Source: Octopus vulgaris (taxonomy: Eukaryota). From it: a stretch of DNA of 64,000 bases. Of the stretch, positions 1-12,233 are shown piece after piece. Where the stretch lies: NCBI GenBank assembly GCA_951406725.2, contig OX597823.1, positions 88,784,001 to 88,848,000 of the forward strand, given 5' to 3'. How positions within the stretch are numbered: position 1 is the first letter of the stretch; the number at the start of each line of letters is the position of its first letter. The position numbers and the translations under genes are program-made. The notes below the pieces were generated by a model. That model ran no database searches and was not told where the DNA came from. It worked only from the letters and a program-made list of their open reading frames with translations.

Positions 1-455
1 TTTTGATAAACAAGATACGACGAAATAAATGCAAATCGGATTAGTATACTTAGTTCAGGTAAATATTGGTAGCCGACAAAAAGACGAGAAAATATTGTGA
101 CTAAATGAAATACAGAAAGATGATGGTTATTGAATGAACTCAAAGCTCAGACATTAACGCCAATACAAAGCGCCAACAGAATGATAATCGACAGAATATT
201 ATTAAGTCTAGACAAGATTTATTTATTGAATGAACGGATGCCATTACAAAATCGTTGAAAATCTATCTATATCAAACAGCAGAAAAAAATGACAAAGTGG
301 TTATATTTTTTTAAGTAGACTAGGAAAATCATTGCCTCCTTTTTAAAACGAAATATAATTCTAAGACTATCTATCAGTACAGACATACATAAGTATGTAT
401 TATGTATGCATATATACGTATATGTATATATGTGTATACATATATATGTATATAT

Positions 456-1070
456 GCTTTTGCCCGACCCCACCTTGAATACTGCTGTCCACTGTGGTCC
501 CTCCATACGAAGCAACACATTGTGAAAGTAGAAGCACTCCAGAGGTCAATAACAAGAAAGATAGACGGCATGAGAGGCATTGATTATTGAAGTCGACTAA
601 AAAAAACTCAATCTCTACTCCTTCCAACGTCGCCGGGAGCGCTACATCCTTTGTGTTATGAGGAAAATATTCCATCAATATTTTATAAATGATGTTGGCA
701 TCCATTTTAAAATCTTTCCAAGACTTGGCCCCCGTGCTATCCGCCAACTACAAAAATCGAACTCGGTGCACATATCAACATTACGTCACAATTACTTTAC
801 TTCAATTGGTCCAGCTCTATTTAATAAGTCGAAATACGTCAAAACAGAAACGGATCCCATAAAATTCAAGTGTTTACTGGACAAATTTCTTCAAAAATTC
901 CTGGACCAACCTCCTACACCTGGATATGTCTCCAACAATAATAACTTTTTGCTAGAGTGGGCCATGGTACCCCATATGTGACTAAAAGAGTTCGCCTTGT
1001 GGTGCTATTAAGTTAGACATGTACTGGGCCTATACTGGCCGAAACCTAACAAAGTTATCAAAGTTTTATC
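456..1070 (+). mobile_element. CR1/L2-type LINE 3' fragment (RT C-terminus, frameshifted)
   Basis: Translates to FARPHLEYCCPLWSLHTKQHIVKVEALQRSITRKIDGMRGIDY...LKKLNLYS...SIGPALFN...FKCLLDKFL, a typical CR1-group RT C-terminal region; short AAAGTT(TT)ATC repeat tail. Confidence 0.85.
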
Positions 1071-1078
1071 GATATATA

Positions 1079-1700
1079 TTAGGTTGGCAACTAAGTTCCC
1101 GCCGTCTTTGTTTTAATTTAAACTTTTTAAAAGGATTAAATTAATTAATAATGCATTTACCCTTGTTTACAACTTCTTCCCAAACTTCTACAAGATTTTC
1201 AATACCCCGTCCGTAGAAATCACCCGATTTCGGCACGAAAAATTGATCCAAGCAAGCTCTCAATTCTGCATCAGTATTGAATGAAACTCCACGCATAACA
1301 ATGAAAGAAATTGAATAAGGTGGAAATCCATCGGTATCAAATCAGGAGAGTACAGTGGATGTAGTAGCAATTTCCAAACATGCGTTTGAATGACTTCCAT
1401 GGTCATACTGGCGATATGTGGGCGGGCGTTGTCGTGCAGCAGAACTCCATGCTGCCGATTAAGTCTTTTCTCTTGAATAGCCGTGTTGAATGGTTCCATC
1501 TGTTGAACATAGAGTTCTGCGTTGACCGTTTGGTTCCGTTCAAGCAATTCGTAATGGATAATCCCTTCCCAGTCCCACCATACACACAACATCGTTTAAC
1601 TCGTATGAAGATCTTGTTTCACGCGCGGTGTCGCTTATTTACCGGGCTAAGCCATTCCTTACGCTGCTTCATATTGATGTACAGGCACCATTTTTCGTGG
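1079..1700 (-). mobile_element. mariner transposon fragment (catalytic domain and one TIR)
   Basis: Motifs EKWCLYIN, MLCVWWDWEGIIHYELL, LLHDNARPH, HPLYSPDLIPMDFHL; TIR ttaggttggcaactaagttccc after a TA at 1077-1078. Confidence 0.92.
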
Positions 1701-1990
1701 CTGAATATATAATGGCCTTGATAATACAGGCTCCATTTAGTCGGCACAAGTCTTTATCCCTGCAGGAATAGCTGGCTTCGTGTTTTTGTGTTGTATTGCG
1801 CGTAATTACGCTTTTAAAGTTGGGAGTGGAACTAAAGCTAATGTTTAGGTTATGCCTATTAAAGAGTTTACTATATTTGTGATGTAATGGAAAATATCCA
1901 TCTATAAGTGACAAGAAATATTTGCCTACATTAAAGGTCATTGCGGAGGAGTAAAGTGATGTGAACTAGATAATTTTCCTGTGTCTCTTT
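1701..1990 (-). mobile_element. Penelope-like element fragment (RT thumb/linker before GIY-YIG)
   Basis: NVGKYFLSLIDGYFPLHHKYSKLFNRHNLNISFSSTPNFKSVI...SCRDKDLCRLNGACIIKAIIYSA resembles the PLE linker with its Cys-rich motif. Confidence 0.75.
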
Positions 1991-2451
1991 CCTTTCCTTT
2001 CCTTTATTTCTGATATATATATATACCAGGCTCCCACGCACTTTACATCCAGTTCAGCAAATTCACTAACAATGCATTGATCGGCCAAGAGCCATACTAG
2101 AATTCACTTGAGATATGAGTTGTAGCGTAAGAGTTGAATCAGAACCACTTCATTGTAAATTGGTGACTTCTATATCTGCTATGATTCTCTTTTAATGAGA
2201 AATTCCCGCTATAATTAAGGAATTGATATTTAAACTCAGAATTCACTGGCCGTCGATGTACGTGTTTCATTATATTATAACATCCGCTATTGATATATAT
2301 AATAATGTGAATGTAGTGCACTGGTAGTTCGACATTGTCTTTGAAGTCTTCGGTGTCAATAAAATAAACATTATTTAAGCACTGGGGTCGATGTAATCAA
2401 TTTCTTTGTTAAAGTTGCTGGAATCTTCCCTAAATTTGAGACTAATATAAG

Positions 2452-2650
2452 TCGGCGAGCTGGTAGAATCGTTATCGGGTTGGACAAAATGCTTTAACAC
2501 AATTTTCCAATTCTAACTTCTGAGTTCAAATACTGCCGAGAACAACTTTGCCTTTCATGCACACACTTTCGATAAAATAAGAAACCAGTCAAAACCCGAG
2601 GTTAGTGCATTCGCCTAAGACTACTGCACATGTGCCAAATTTTGAAACCA
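2452..2650 (+). mobile_element. SINE family C, diverged copy
   Basis: ggcgagctggtagaatcgtta...ctgagttcaaatactgccgag...tttgcctttcat matches the intact copy at 23915. Confidence 0.75.
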
Positions 2651-3254
2651 TTATGTACTACAATATTGTAATTATTTGGCAAATATTTTCATCTGCAAAT
2701 AGGTGGCCTTAAGCCAACGTGATAAATTATTATCAAATATTCGAATGTTGACACACTGATATATATTATTTCTTTTCTTTTCTAGATATTATTAATTTAC
2801 TTTCATTTAATATTCTATCTGTTAATAATAACTATAAGTTATAGAAACAGAAAATTATTCAGGTGTCAAAACGCCCGTTTGACTGATGCCTGTAAGGATA
2901 CGGAGTCATGTCTAAGTCAAATCGATATTATAATTGTATATCATCAATACATTACAGTGTTGCCTATCCCATGACAGGTAACTTTGGAAGTGTACTTTTG
3001 CTTATATAGGTTATATAAGGAAATATGAGCATAAGTACAATAATCATAAAGTAATTTTTATTGATGCATAATGAATGCTAATTTTTAAAAGAAAAATATC
3101 TGTTACGTTACAATGAATTTCAATGAAACAAAAGACGTGCATGATAAGGAAATGCATAGCAGCAGTTTAGGAGATTGTTTAGCCAGTTTATCGTTGAGTT
3201 ACTCAAATAAGGAGAATTTTGCCTCTCACAATATAGAAATATTTCTCATGGCAG

Positions 3255-3940
3255 CACCAGCAGACAAAATGGAAACCTGTGTTGCCGCGGAGGATGGCGT
3301 GGGGATGCGCTGAAACAGCTACTGTGATTGGAAGGGCTTGGACTTGCGAGCAGCAGTCTTTTCCCCGATAACGGTGAGCAGGAACATGGTCCGGGGACAA
3401 AGGACGCCGGAGTTCTCAACTGTCGCAGGCTCGACCATAAACCAGTTCGAGAGCGACCGATACGTTAACAGCTATTTTTTTCACAGCCTGAGGAGCAGTG
3501 GAGCCTGGTCTGGTAGCTGACAACACCAAGTTACCGCCAGAGAAGGTCTCACAGCATGTGACATCCCGGCTGAAGAGCTTACCGCCACGGAGCGGCAAGT
3601 TGTCATACCGTCCAGCCTTCTACCGCTCACTCGGTCTCGCCCCGCTGGCTCGAGTTTGGAAGCTCTAGGCCATGCTTTATGATCTCGTTAACAGCGGCAT
3701 GATGAGGTAGGCGGCCAGCATTATGACACCATGACAGTGGATGGAGACCGAAAGAATCGCCGATACGCAGGCAGTCGCCATCGAGTTCAGTGCCAGTTAG
3801 GAGTGATGACACTGCATTGAAACCAAGCTCCACTGTTAGGCACTGAGGCTGAGCGGAAACATGCTAGACGGCGCTCTAACTCGTCGGTGGCCATGCTACA
3901 CTGGATGGCGTTCCATTTCTTTTGAGATGACGTCAAGTTG
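3255..3940 (-). mobile_element. CRE-clade non-LTR retrotransposon 3' fragment (Zn finger and restriction-like endonuclease), degraded
   Basis: Across frames: DCLRIG...GLHPLSWCHNAGRLPHHAAVNEIIK, DGMT, GKLFSRDVTCCETF...SATRPGSTA, VEPATVENSGVLCP, LFQRI, RGN. Confidence 0.75.
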
Positions 3941-3944
3941 ATGT

Positions 3945-3993
3945 TGACGCCTCTGATGATAATCTAATAAGATTCGAAAATCGATTAAGGTCA
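3945..3993 (+). ncRNA. minimal type I hammerhead ribozyme motif, possibly degenerate
   Basis: cct-CTGATGA-t-aatct-aata-agatt-c-GAAA-a-tcga-t-TA-aggtca; stems I, II and palindromic III are visible, the 10.1-11.1 pair is mismatched. Confidence 0.55.
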
Positions 3994-4311
3994 GCTTTTT
4001 CAATCTATGGAGAAACTGTGAAGCTAGTTGTGCTTCTAAAGGTCCTCTATAGGTTGAATATTCATTCTTAAGCACGTTCCCACAAAATGCTATTAATCGT
4101 TGTATTTTGTTTACAGAGAGTATTTGCCATAATTCTCAATTGTATCACACCTCTCATAAACAATTTGTCATTCCTTCTCTCTACTCCTCATCCTCTGTTC
4201 CTCACCAACCTTAGCATGCACATTCACCCTCTATCGTTTATGTAAACTCCTTCTGTATCTCTCTCTCCCCCCACTCTCTTTCCCTAAACGATGTGTATAC
4301 CGGTGTATAGG

Positions 4312-4692
4312 GGCAGGCGTGACAGTGTAGTAAGAAGCGTGCTCCTCTCCCATTTGGTTCCGGGTCCAGTCACACTACGTGGTACCTTAGGCAAGTATCT
4401 TTTACTATAGCTTCGAGCCATCCAAAGCATTGAGTGGATTTGGTAGACAAAAACTGAACGAAACTAGTTACGTGCATGTGTGTGCGCGAGCGCATGTTTT
4501 TGTCCCCCACCACTGCTTGACAACCGGTGTTGGTTTGTTTATGTCTCCGTGACTTAGCGGTTCAGCAAAAGATATCGATAGAATAAGTACCAGGCTTAAA
4601 AGTACTGGAGTGGATTCGTTCTGCTAAAAACTCTTCAAAGCGGTGCCCCAGTATGACCGCAGTCTAATGACTTAAACAAGTAAACAATAAAA
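4312..4692 (+). mobile_element. SINE family A (tRNA head, CORE-like centre, internal microsatellite), diverged
   Basis: Aligns by eye to the copy at 17646-18072 (ggttccggg...accttaggcaagt...gcggtgccccag...). Confidence 0.8.
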
Positions 4693-5819
4693 ATATTAAT
4701 GATAAAATAAATGATAATTTATGCCTAATACCTCACCGAGTCAATATACTATACACTGCGTTTTAATTGATTAATCTATCTCCAAAATTATTAGTAATAC
4801 GTGTATATATGTTATTGCTTTAATACAATTGAAGCTAAAACAGTTTTAAAGATAAAACAGTTCCATTAATTTGCAGTTATTATTTCAAAGTTTACTGTCG
4901 TCTACCTTTGTGAATAGGATACAGTTTGCCAGGGTGACTTTACCTTGTATTTCATGAAAACGAAGTTTAAATGGTAAGACCCACCATGCAGTGGAGTATA
5001 CGGTTGTCTCACATATGCGTTCTCTCCCAAACACATTCTAACATATTCGTACACGCACACTCAGATAAGATACACATATACGAACACATACAGAGTCAGA
5101 CACATACACAGAAGCACAAACGCTTATTCCGAACGCATCCATTCATTATACTTTTCGAAAGAGAAAAATTTAAGAACACTTATCAATCATAGTCATCTTC
5201 CCCGAAGCTATAATAAATGTTATGTCATATAAGAATTTATTCATCACAATACAAAGCTATTGGAACCTACGCAAGGTAAAGAAAATATGAAACGGTGGCA
5301 GAATTTTCTTATAACTCAATATCGACAGACATATTTGATTATTGTTGAAGTTTGAAAGTTCTACAATACTGACACATTAAACACATTGGATTATCATTAT
5401 AATAGATATTGGCAATTAAAGATAGATGTGCGGTATATAAGACGTATTATTGCAGAACTTGAATTAGTATAAATGATTTAAACCGCGAAATCAATATCAT
5501 GCTGCCAGGTTTGAAATGTATTCTACTCTGAAAACTGTTGCTTTTCTTGACGAAAGAAAAAAAACTGAAAGAACAGTTACTCCGCATTCAACTGCTATAT
5601 TAATCAAATATGAATGACACGAATACCTGTAGTACCAAAATGACACTGTAAGAGCATATTCTTTATTCATTTATTTATTTATTGGTCATTGAGATAATCA
5701 CTTCCAACGCCTTTTCTAAAAACTAGGAAAATATTCCATTATTTGTAGCTTTCCCTGACACATTCACTGCTTCTTCCATCATCCAGTGCGTTTTATTGCA
5801 ATTATTATTGGATATGATA

Positions 5820-6410
5820 AAGGCAGTGGGTTGTAAGAACCGTTATCACGCCGGACAAAATACTTCGCACTTTTGCTTCTGGTTTAGCATTCTGAGTTTA
5901 AATTTTGTAGAGGTCGAATTTGCTTTCATACTCCTGGAGTCGATAGAAAATTTCAGGCCTTGTGACTATTTTAGAAAGAATGAAGAACGGGGATGGTAAA
6001 GCGCTAGCGCTGTGGGCAAAATATTGAGCACCATTTCTCGCGGTTCTTTATATCCTGAGATTAAATTCTGTTGCAGTCAACTTTCCCCTTCGTCTTTTCG
6101 AGGGCGATAAGATATATATACTAGTTTATAGTGCTGGTGTAGATGTAATCAGCTATAACCCTCCCCTAAAGCTGATGACCGTGTGCCAAAATTTAGAATC
6201 ATTAACTAGGTGACGAGCAGGTAGAATCGTTTAGTATTGGTTATGACTATAATTATGGTTTCTGACTCATCACATTTTAAACTCAAATTACGCCGAGGTC
6301 AGTTTTGCCTTTCATCTTTTCGAGGACGATAAATTAACTGCTAGTTTAACACTGGGGTTGACTAAGCCCCTTATCCAAAATATCAAATTTTGTGCCTATA
6401 GGAAAATGGA
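5820..6410 (+). mobile_element. cluster of three degraded SINE family C copies
   Basis: Repeated ttctgagt...gaggtc...tttgcctttcat...tcga...gata motifs starting near 5820, 5990 and 6208. Confidence 0.65.
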
Positions 6411-6429
6411 TCATTATTGTTTCCGCATT

Positions 6430-6653
6430 TTATTCTGAGGTTTGGCGACAGCATAATCTCCTCAAATATCAAGAACCTTTATTAGGATCCTTGCAAAATT
6501 TAGGATGGTACTTTTTCTACAGGTCGACAATGGAAGTTTTCAATTCCAGTTCATTTCAGTCTTGTAGATAGTATTTTAAGTGTTGTGCCAAGTGCACCAA
6601 TTGCCACAGGAATAATTGTTATTTTGGTCTTCCACGCTCTCCACAGTTCCCTC
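6430..6653 (-). mobile_element. R4/Dong-clade LINE 3' fragment
   Basis: ELWRAWKTKITIIPVAIGALGTT, homologous to EVTRMWNLKTETIPIIVGALG at about 31640. Confidence 0.7.
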
Positions 6654-7121
6654 TAGTGAGGGAACTGTGGAGACGAAGGCCATTTAAACCATATATATAC
6701 TTCTTTCTTAAATCTAAGAAGGTAAGCATGATTGTGTTTGGTTGTTATTGGTGTGGTTGACTACAGCAGGACATAAAATCAATGGCGTTTTATCCATGAT
6801 AATTGCACTTTCTTAGTTTTCCTTCGTTCGAATATTCTGTGCCCTACTTTCTCTGACATGGTAAATGCGACGATTACACGCTATACACCTTCCTTCCAAG
6901 CATTGCTGTAAACAGCGGAAGGGAGCCAGAACGTAAAAACTTAGTACGCATGCACAACAGAGTTCAAGGTCAACCTGTACCAAGTGACTTCACTCTGCAT
7001 CATTTAGCTTCATTTCTATAGCAACAGTCCAACTTCTTATTTATCAGACCACGTACATATGTATCTGCTTGTGTCTTTGTGTGATTATATGCTGAGTATT
7101 TTCGCTTGTGCGTAGCTGCAT

Positions 7122-7122
<1 letters not shown>

Positions 7123-7165
<43 letters not shown>

Positions 7166-7432
7166 ATTTGGCTCAAAAGCAAATAGCAAGGCCATGTAGG
7201 GGGACATGGAGTTAAGTACAGGGTGGTGTTCATGTAAAGAGTTCAGGCCACTTGAGGTCCAGGGAGGCTTTGAACAAAGCGGTCGTCGGCATCTTCACCA
7301 TCTCGTCTGGCAGCTTGTTCCACGGATCCGCAACCCGGACGGGGAAAGCTCCTCTCCTTCGATTGAGATGAAATCGTCGCAGGTAGAGCTTTTCGGAATG
7401 ACCCCGCAGCCGACGCTCCGGAGCAGGAGTGA
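7123..7432 (-). mobile_element. CR1 LINE 3' end with (CTAA)n tail
   Basis: RRLRGHSEKLYLRRFHLNRRRGAFPVRVADPWNKLPDEMVKMPTTALFKASLD; (ttag)n at 7123-7164. Confidence 0.88.
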
Positions 7433-7502
7433 AGAACATATACATATGTGTATCCATGTGTGTATGTATATGTGAGTGTGTTCTTATGTATGTGCAACGA
7501 CA

Positions 7503-7889
7503 GTGGAGGCGCAATGGCCTAGTGGTTAGGGCAGCGGACTCGCGGTCGTAGGATCGCGGTTTCGATTCCCAGACCGGGCGTTGTGAGTGTTTATTGAGTG
7601 AAAACACCTAAAAAGCTCCACGAGACTCCGGCAGGGGATGGTGGTGATCCCTGCTGTACTCTTTCACCACAACTTTCTCTCACTCTTACTTCCTGTTTCT
7701 GTTGTACCTGTATTTCAAATGGCCGGCCTTGTCACGCTCTGCGTCACGCTGAATATCCCCGAGAACTATGTTAAGGGTACACGTGTCTGTGGAGTGCTCA
7801 GCCTCTTACACGTTAATTTCACGAGCAGGCTGTTCCGTTGATTCGGATCAACCGGAACCCTCGTCGTCGTAACCGACGGAGTGCTTCCA
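7503..7889 (+). mobile_element. SINE family B, tail type 1, full length
   Basis: A box tggcctagtgg, B box ggtttcgattccc; TSD tgtgcaac(g/t)aca at 7491-7502 and 7890-7901. Confidence 0.92.
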
Positions 7890-8096
7890 TGTGCAACTAC
7901 AAATGTGCGTCTCTGCGTGTGTATTTGTGTTACTGTGTGAAGCAACATATGCATTTGTGTTCATGTGTATCACCTATGAGTATATGCGTAGTTTCTGTCT
8001 TGTCAAACGTTAAGGTCAGAGATTAAACGTCTGGTGATGTTAGGGGAAAATTGTATTTATATACGTATTTTACACATACATCATGTTATATATCAT

Positions 8097-8300
8097 GTGT
8101 GTCTTTGCTCCAGCACTATACCTTGACAACCGATGTTGGTATATTTATGTCCCCGTAATTTAGCGGCTCGACAAAAGAACCGATAGAATAATTAATAGGC
8201 TTAAAAAGAATAAGTTCTAGGGTCGATTTGTTCGACTAAAGGTGGTGCTCCAGCACGACTGCAGTCAAATGACTGAAACAAATAAAGGAATAAAAGAGAA
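8097..8300 (+). mobile_element. SINE family A 3' half
   Basis: gacaaccgatgttgg...ggtgctccagca...gactgaaaca. Confidence 0.85.
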
Positions 8301-9042
8301 AAAAGAAGTGTGGACCCTTGGAGGTCCATACAAGGTTTTGTCGTTAAAATTTATTTGAAAGAAATCGTTAATGCATCTATATTACACCAAATATGTTAAC
8401 ATTTTTTCATTTAGCATTTTACAGGCAGCTGTAATATATTTTGAAGAAGTCCATGACAGGTGAGGTAATGTATGTAATGTTAATTCTGAGAAATATTAGT
8501 AGTCCTGATAAATGATAACAGTGAATATTATTTATTTAGTTTTCACTAATGATTACTTAATAGATTTAGCGGGTTAAAACTTGTTTTGATAAACAACGGA
8601 TATAATTTATCAAAACTCCGTTTGTTTTGATAAATCACTGTCTGAAATCACGTTTTGACGCTAAAACACTTTCATATTAGAACTACGAAGGCCATTTAAA
8701 CGACATATGTACTTCTTTCTTAAATCTAAAAAGGTAAGCATGATTGTGTCTGGTTGTGGTTGTTATTCTCGTGGTTGACTCCAGCAGAACATATAATCAA
8801 TGGCGTTTTATCCATGATAATTTCACTTATTTTTCCTTCGTTCGAATATTCAAAACGGTAGTGTATGAGATGAAATCCCTCTAAGGTCGAGAGACAATTC
8901 TGACGTGATAGTCATGGCACATTGTGGTAACCATTTAGCTATAGAAACTCCTAGATGGAACATATGTGTTGATCTATTTAACTTTCTATTCTATGATCAG
9001 CTCCCATGTTTACTTTTAATTATAGTGCGTCTTGAACCGCAT

Positions 9043-9260
9043 CAGTGGTTCTCAACAGTTTTTTGCCTATGGACCCATTTTACTCGGATGGAACCTCCTA
9101 GCCATTCAAATTTTTTAAAATCCTATTATATTTTTATAATTAAATATTACTAGGAATCGTATGAAAAATGTTAACATATTCGGTGTAATATAGAAGCATT
9201 AAGGATTTCTTTCAAATAAATTTTAACGACAAAACCTTATATGAATCTCCAAGGGCCCAT
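9043..9260 (+). mobile_element. hAT-like MITE fragment
   Basis: Starts cagtggttctcaac, a common hAT MITE terminus; part is repeated inverted at 8308-8410. Confidence 0.5.
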
Positions 9261-9264
9261 AATT

Positions 9265-9708
9265 CATTTTTCTCTTTTACTCCTTTGTTTCAGTCATTTG
9301 ACTGCGATCATGCTGGAGCACCGCCTTTAATTGAACAAATCGACCCCAGAACTTATTCTTTGTAAGCTTAGTACTTATTTTATTAGTTTTTGTCGAACCG
9401 CTAAGTTACGTGGACGTAAATATACCAACATCGGTTATCAAGGGATGATGCTGGAACAAAGACACACAAAGACACACACACACAAAGACACACACACACA
9501 AAACACACACGAAAAGACATTCTCTCTCCCTCTGTTATATATATAACAGGCTTCTTTCAGTTTCCGTCTACCAAATCTACTCACAAGTCTTTGGTCGGCA
9601 CGAGACTATAGTAAAAGACACTTCTCCAAGTTGCCACGCAGTGGGACTGAACCCGGAACCATGTAGTTAGTAAACATGCTACGTACCACATAGCTACTCC
9701 TGCGTCTA
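9265..9708 (-). mobile_element. SINE family A, full length
   Basis: Reverse complement of the family A consensus. Confidence 0.88.
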
Positions 9709-10245
9709 TGAGCCCTTCGTAATATTTTTGAGATTGATTTGAGGAAATTCCAAATTTCTATGAAGTCAAATAGCAGGCAGAGTTAACCACTTTGGTTATC
9801 ATTTTACACAGGAAGCAAATATAAGCAGGAACTTAGAATCAAATTTCGCAGTTAGCAGTCTGTTGTTTCATAAAAGACCACAATGATAAATTTAGAAAAA
9901 GTCCATAACAGTTCTATCTTCACTCTTTATCTCTCATTCTATGATTCAGATGATCTTTTCATTGAGATCGAGTATTCTAATTTCAGAATTAAAGTATGTT
10001 TTTTTGTGCCAAATAGAGCTTTTCGTAAATTACACATACGTATTTCTGTGTTTGTGTGAGTGCATGTGTCGTAGACTATTGAAGTAAACGAAACAGAACT
10101 CAATACTTAGGTATATATACTGTTATGTTTTTTAACAGTAGCAAATTAGAGAAGTGAGTCAAGAGCAGAAAATCCCGAGCTTGCCATTTATCATATGTAT
10201 GTTTTCATCCTTCTCTGTACACACACACATATATATGTATGTATG

Positions 10246-10287
<42 letters not shown>

Positions 10288-10290
<3 letters not shown>

Positions 10291-10804
10291 ATATATATAA
10301 AACTGTAGTTGTGTGAGTGTCTGTCTCCTACGATTTAGATTCCTAACTCCTCCCACATTTTGCGGTGCAGTTTAACCAAATTCGGGTATCTTATAGTCGT
10401 GATTAATATCAAGCCCGTCTGGCTATTAGCGCGCGTCTACGATGAGTCTACGATTTTAAAAATAATTTAACATCATTTTTTATTCCATTTTAATGCATAA
10501 TTTTTCGTGTGTCGATGGCGGCGGTGTTGGCGTCCACACTCAAACACCTGCACCTGTGTTTGCTTCTCCCCCTTCTTCCCTCCCTCGTGAAGCTGTGGGG
10601 AAGGGAGTTTAAGGAAATCAACGTCGTAATGCGTTGTCAAGGAGACCAACGTTCTTTTAGAACAACGACTTCATGGCTTGAAGACACCAAAACAGAAATG
10701 GCTAAGAAAGCCCGAATTGGCATCTATAAAGGAAGTAACTCTCTAAAAATGCTTATATAGTTATTTCCCTTACAAACCCGAGCAACGCCGGGCGATACTG
10801 CTAG
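10288..10804 (+). mobile_element. non-autonomous Helitron, copy 1
   Basis: 5' TCTATATATATAAAA; 3' hairpin cccg-agcaacgc-cggg followed by CTAG; sits between A and T within (TA)n, no TSD. Confidence 0.85.
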
Positions 10805-11333
10805 TATATATATAAAACTGTAGTTGTGTGAGTGTCTGTCCCTTTCGATTTAGATTCCTAACTACTCCCACATTTTGCGGTGCAGTTTAACCAAATTCGG
10901 GTATCTTATAGTCGCGATTCATATTGAGCCCGTCTGGCTATTAGCGCGCGTCTACGATGACTCTACGATTTTAAAAATAATTTAACATCATTTTTTATTC
11001 CATTTTAATGCATATTTTTTCGTGTGTCGATGGCGGCGGAGTTGGCGTCCGTGCTCACAGCTGCACCTGTGTTGCTTCTCCCCCTTCTTCCCTCCCTCGT
11101 GAAGCTGTGGGGAAGAGAGTGTAAGGAAATCAACGTCGTAAAGCGTTGTCAAGGAGACCAGCGTTCTTTTAGAACAACGACTTCATGGCTTGAAGACACT
11201 GAGTCAACGATTTAAAAAAAAATTACCATCATTTTTTATTCCATTTTTAATGCATTTTTTTGCTATAACTCTCTAAAAATGCTTATATAGTTATTTCCCT
11301 TACAAACCCGAGCAACGCCGGGCGATACTGCTA

Positions 11334-11334
<1 letters not shown>
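10805..11334 (+). mobile_element. non-autonomous Helitron, copy 2 (head-to-tail with copy 1)
   Basis: Near-identical to copy 1 except for a subterminal block; same hairpin and CTAG end at 11331-11334. Confidence 0.85.
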
Positions 11335-11382
<48 letters not shown>

Positions 11383-11640
11383 CAGTTGCGGCCAAAATGT
11401 TCAGAACGGCATTTTTTCGTCAGAAAAGTAGATATAATTTTTTATCAAAGTTGTTTTATATTCTATAATTTTCACAGACAATAAATACAATATTAATTCT
11501 TATAGTCTGAGATTTTAGTGTTATTTGAGAGGATAATACAAAAGTTATGGATGATTTACTACAAAACCCATGGCGGCCAAAATGATCAGAACGGTTGCTT
11601 TTACTCCGTGTTTTAGTATATTTAACCGGCGAACGCATCT
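11383..11640 (+). mobile_element. Tc1-like IR/DR terminal repeat (one end only)
   Basis: TA|cagttgcggccaaaatgttcagaacgg with an inner direct repeat gcggccaaaatgatcagaacgg at about 11573. Confidence 0.7.
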
Positions 11641-11649
11641 AATATACGA

Positions 11650-11892
11650 AGCTTGTCGTATATATGTATATGTATATATATGTGTGTGTTTGTGTGTCTG
11701 TGTTTGTCCCCCCAATATCGCTTGACAACCGATGCTGGTGTGTTTAGGTCCCCGTAACCTAGCGGTTCGGCAAAAGAAACCGATAGAATAAGTACTAGGC
11801 TTACAAAGAATAAGTCCTGGGGTCGATTTGCTCGAGTAAAGGCGGTGCTCCAGCATGGCCGCAGTCAAATGACTAAAACAAGTAAAAGAGTA
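11650..11892 (+). mobile_element. SINE family A 3' half
   Basis: Matches the family A 3' region. Confidence 0.88.
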
Positions 11893-12233
11893 TGAAAAAA
11901 ACAAACAAAGACAATATGTATGAACACTCTTTCACATGGAACAAATTACGAACACCACATAGTTAATTCGCACAACTACTGTACCTAGCTAAAGTTCCCA
12001 GAAAATAAGGCTGGAGAGAAATGATGCAAGTACTTGCATACTCAAGTTTGGCTCTCTCCAAACATATCATTTTATATGAAATCAATCAAAATTGGAGCGA
12101 ATTTATGCTTCCATTGGACTTTGAACATTTTAGATTTATTTCATATTTTCCAATTGTACTTGCTAAAGAATCACAGGTTCAATCCTCAACTTACACTGAA
12201 ACGTAATGTGTATATTTACAAACATATATTCTT

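Noticed and set aside
7503-7575. tRNA-like sequences at SINE heads
   Set aside because: A/B boxes continue into SINE bodies with TSDs; no full cloverleaf, so not tRNA genes.
10509-11215. Paired ORFs MSMAA..L with signal-peptide-like leucine runs
   Set aside because: Inside the duplicated non-autonomous Helitrons, GTG starts, not conserved in frame.
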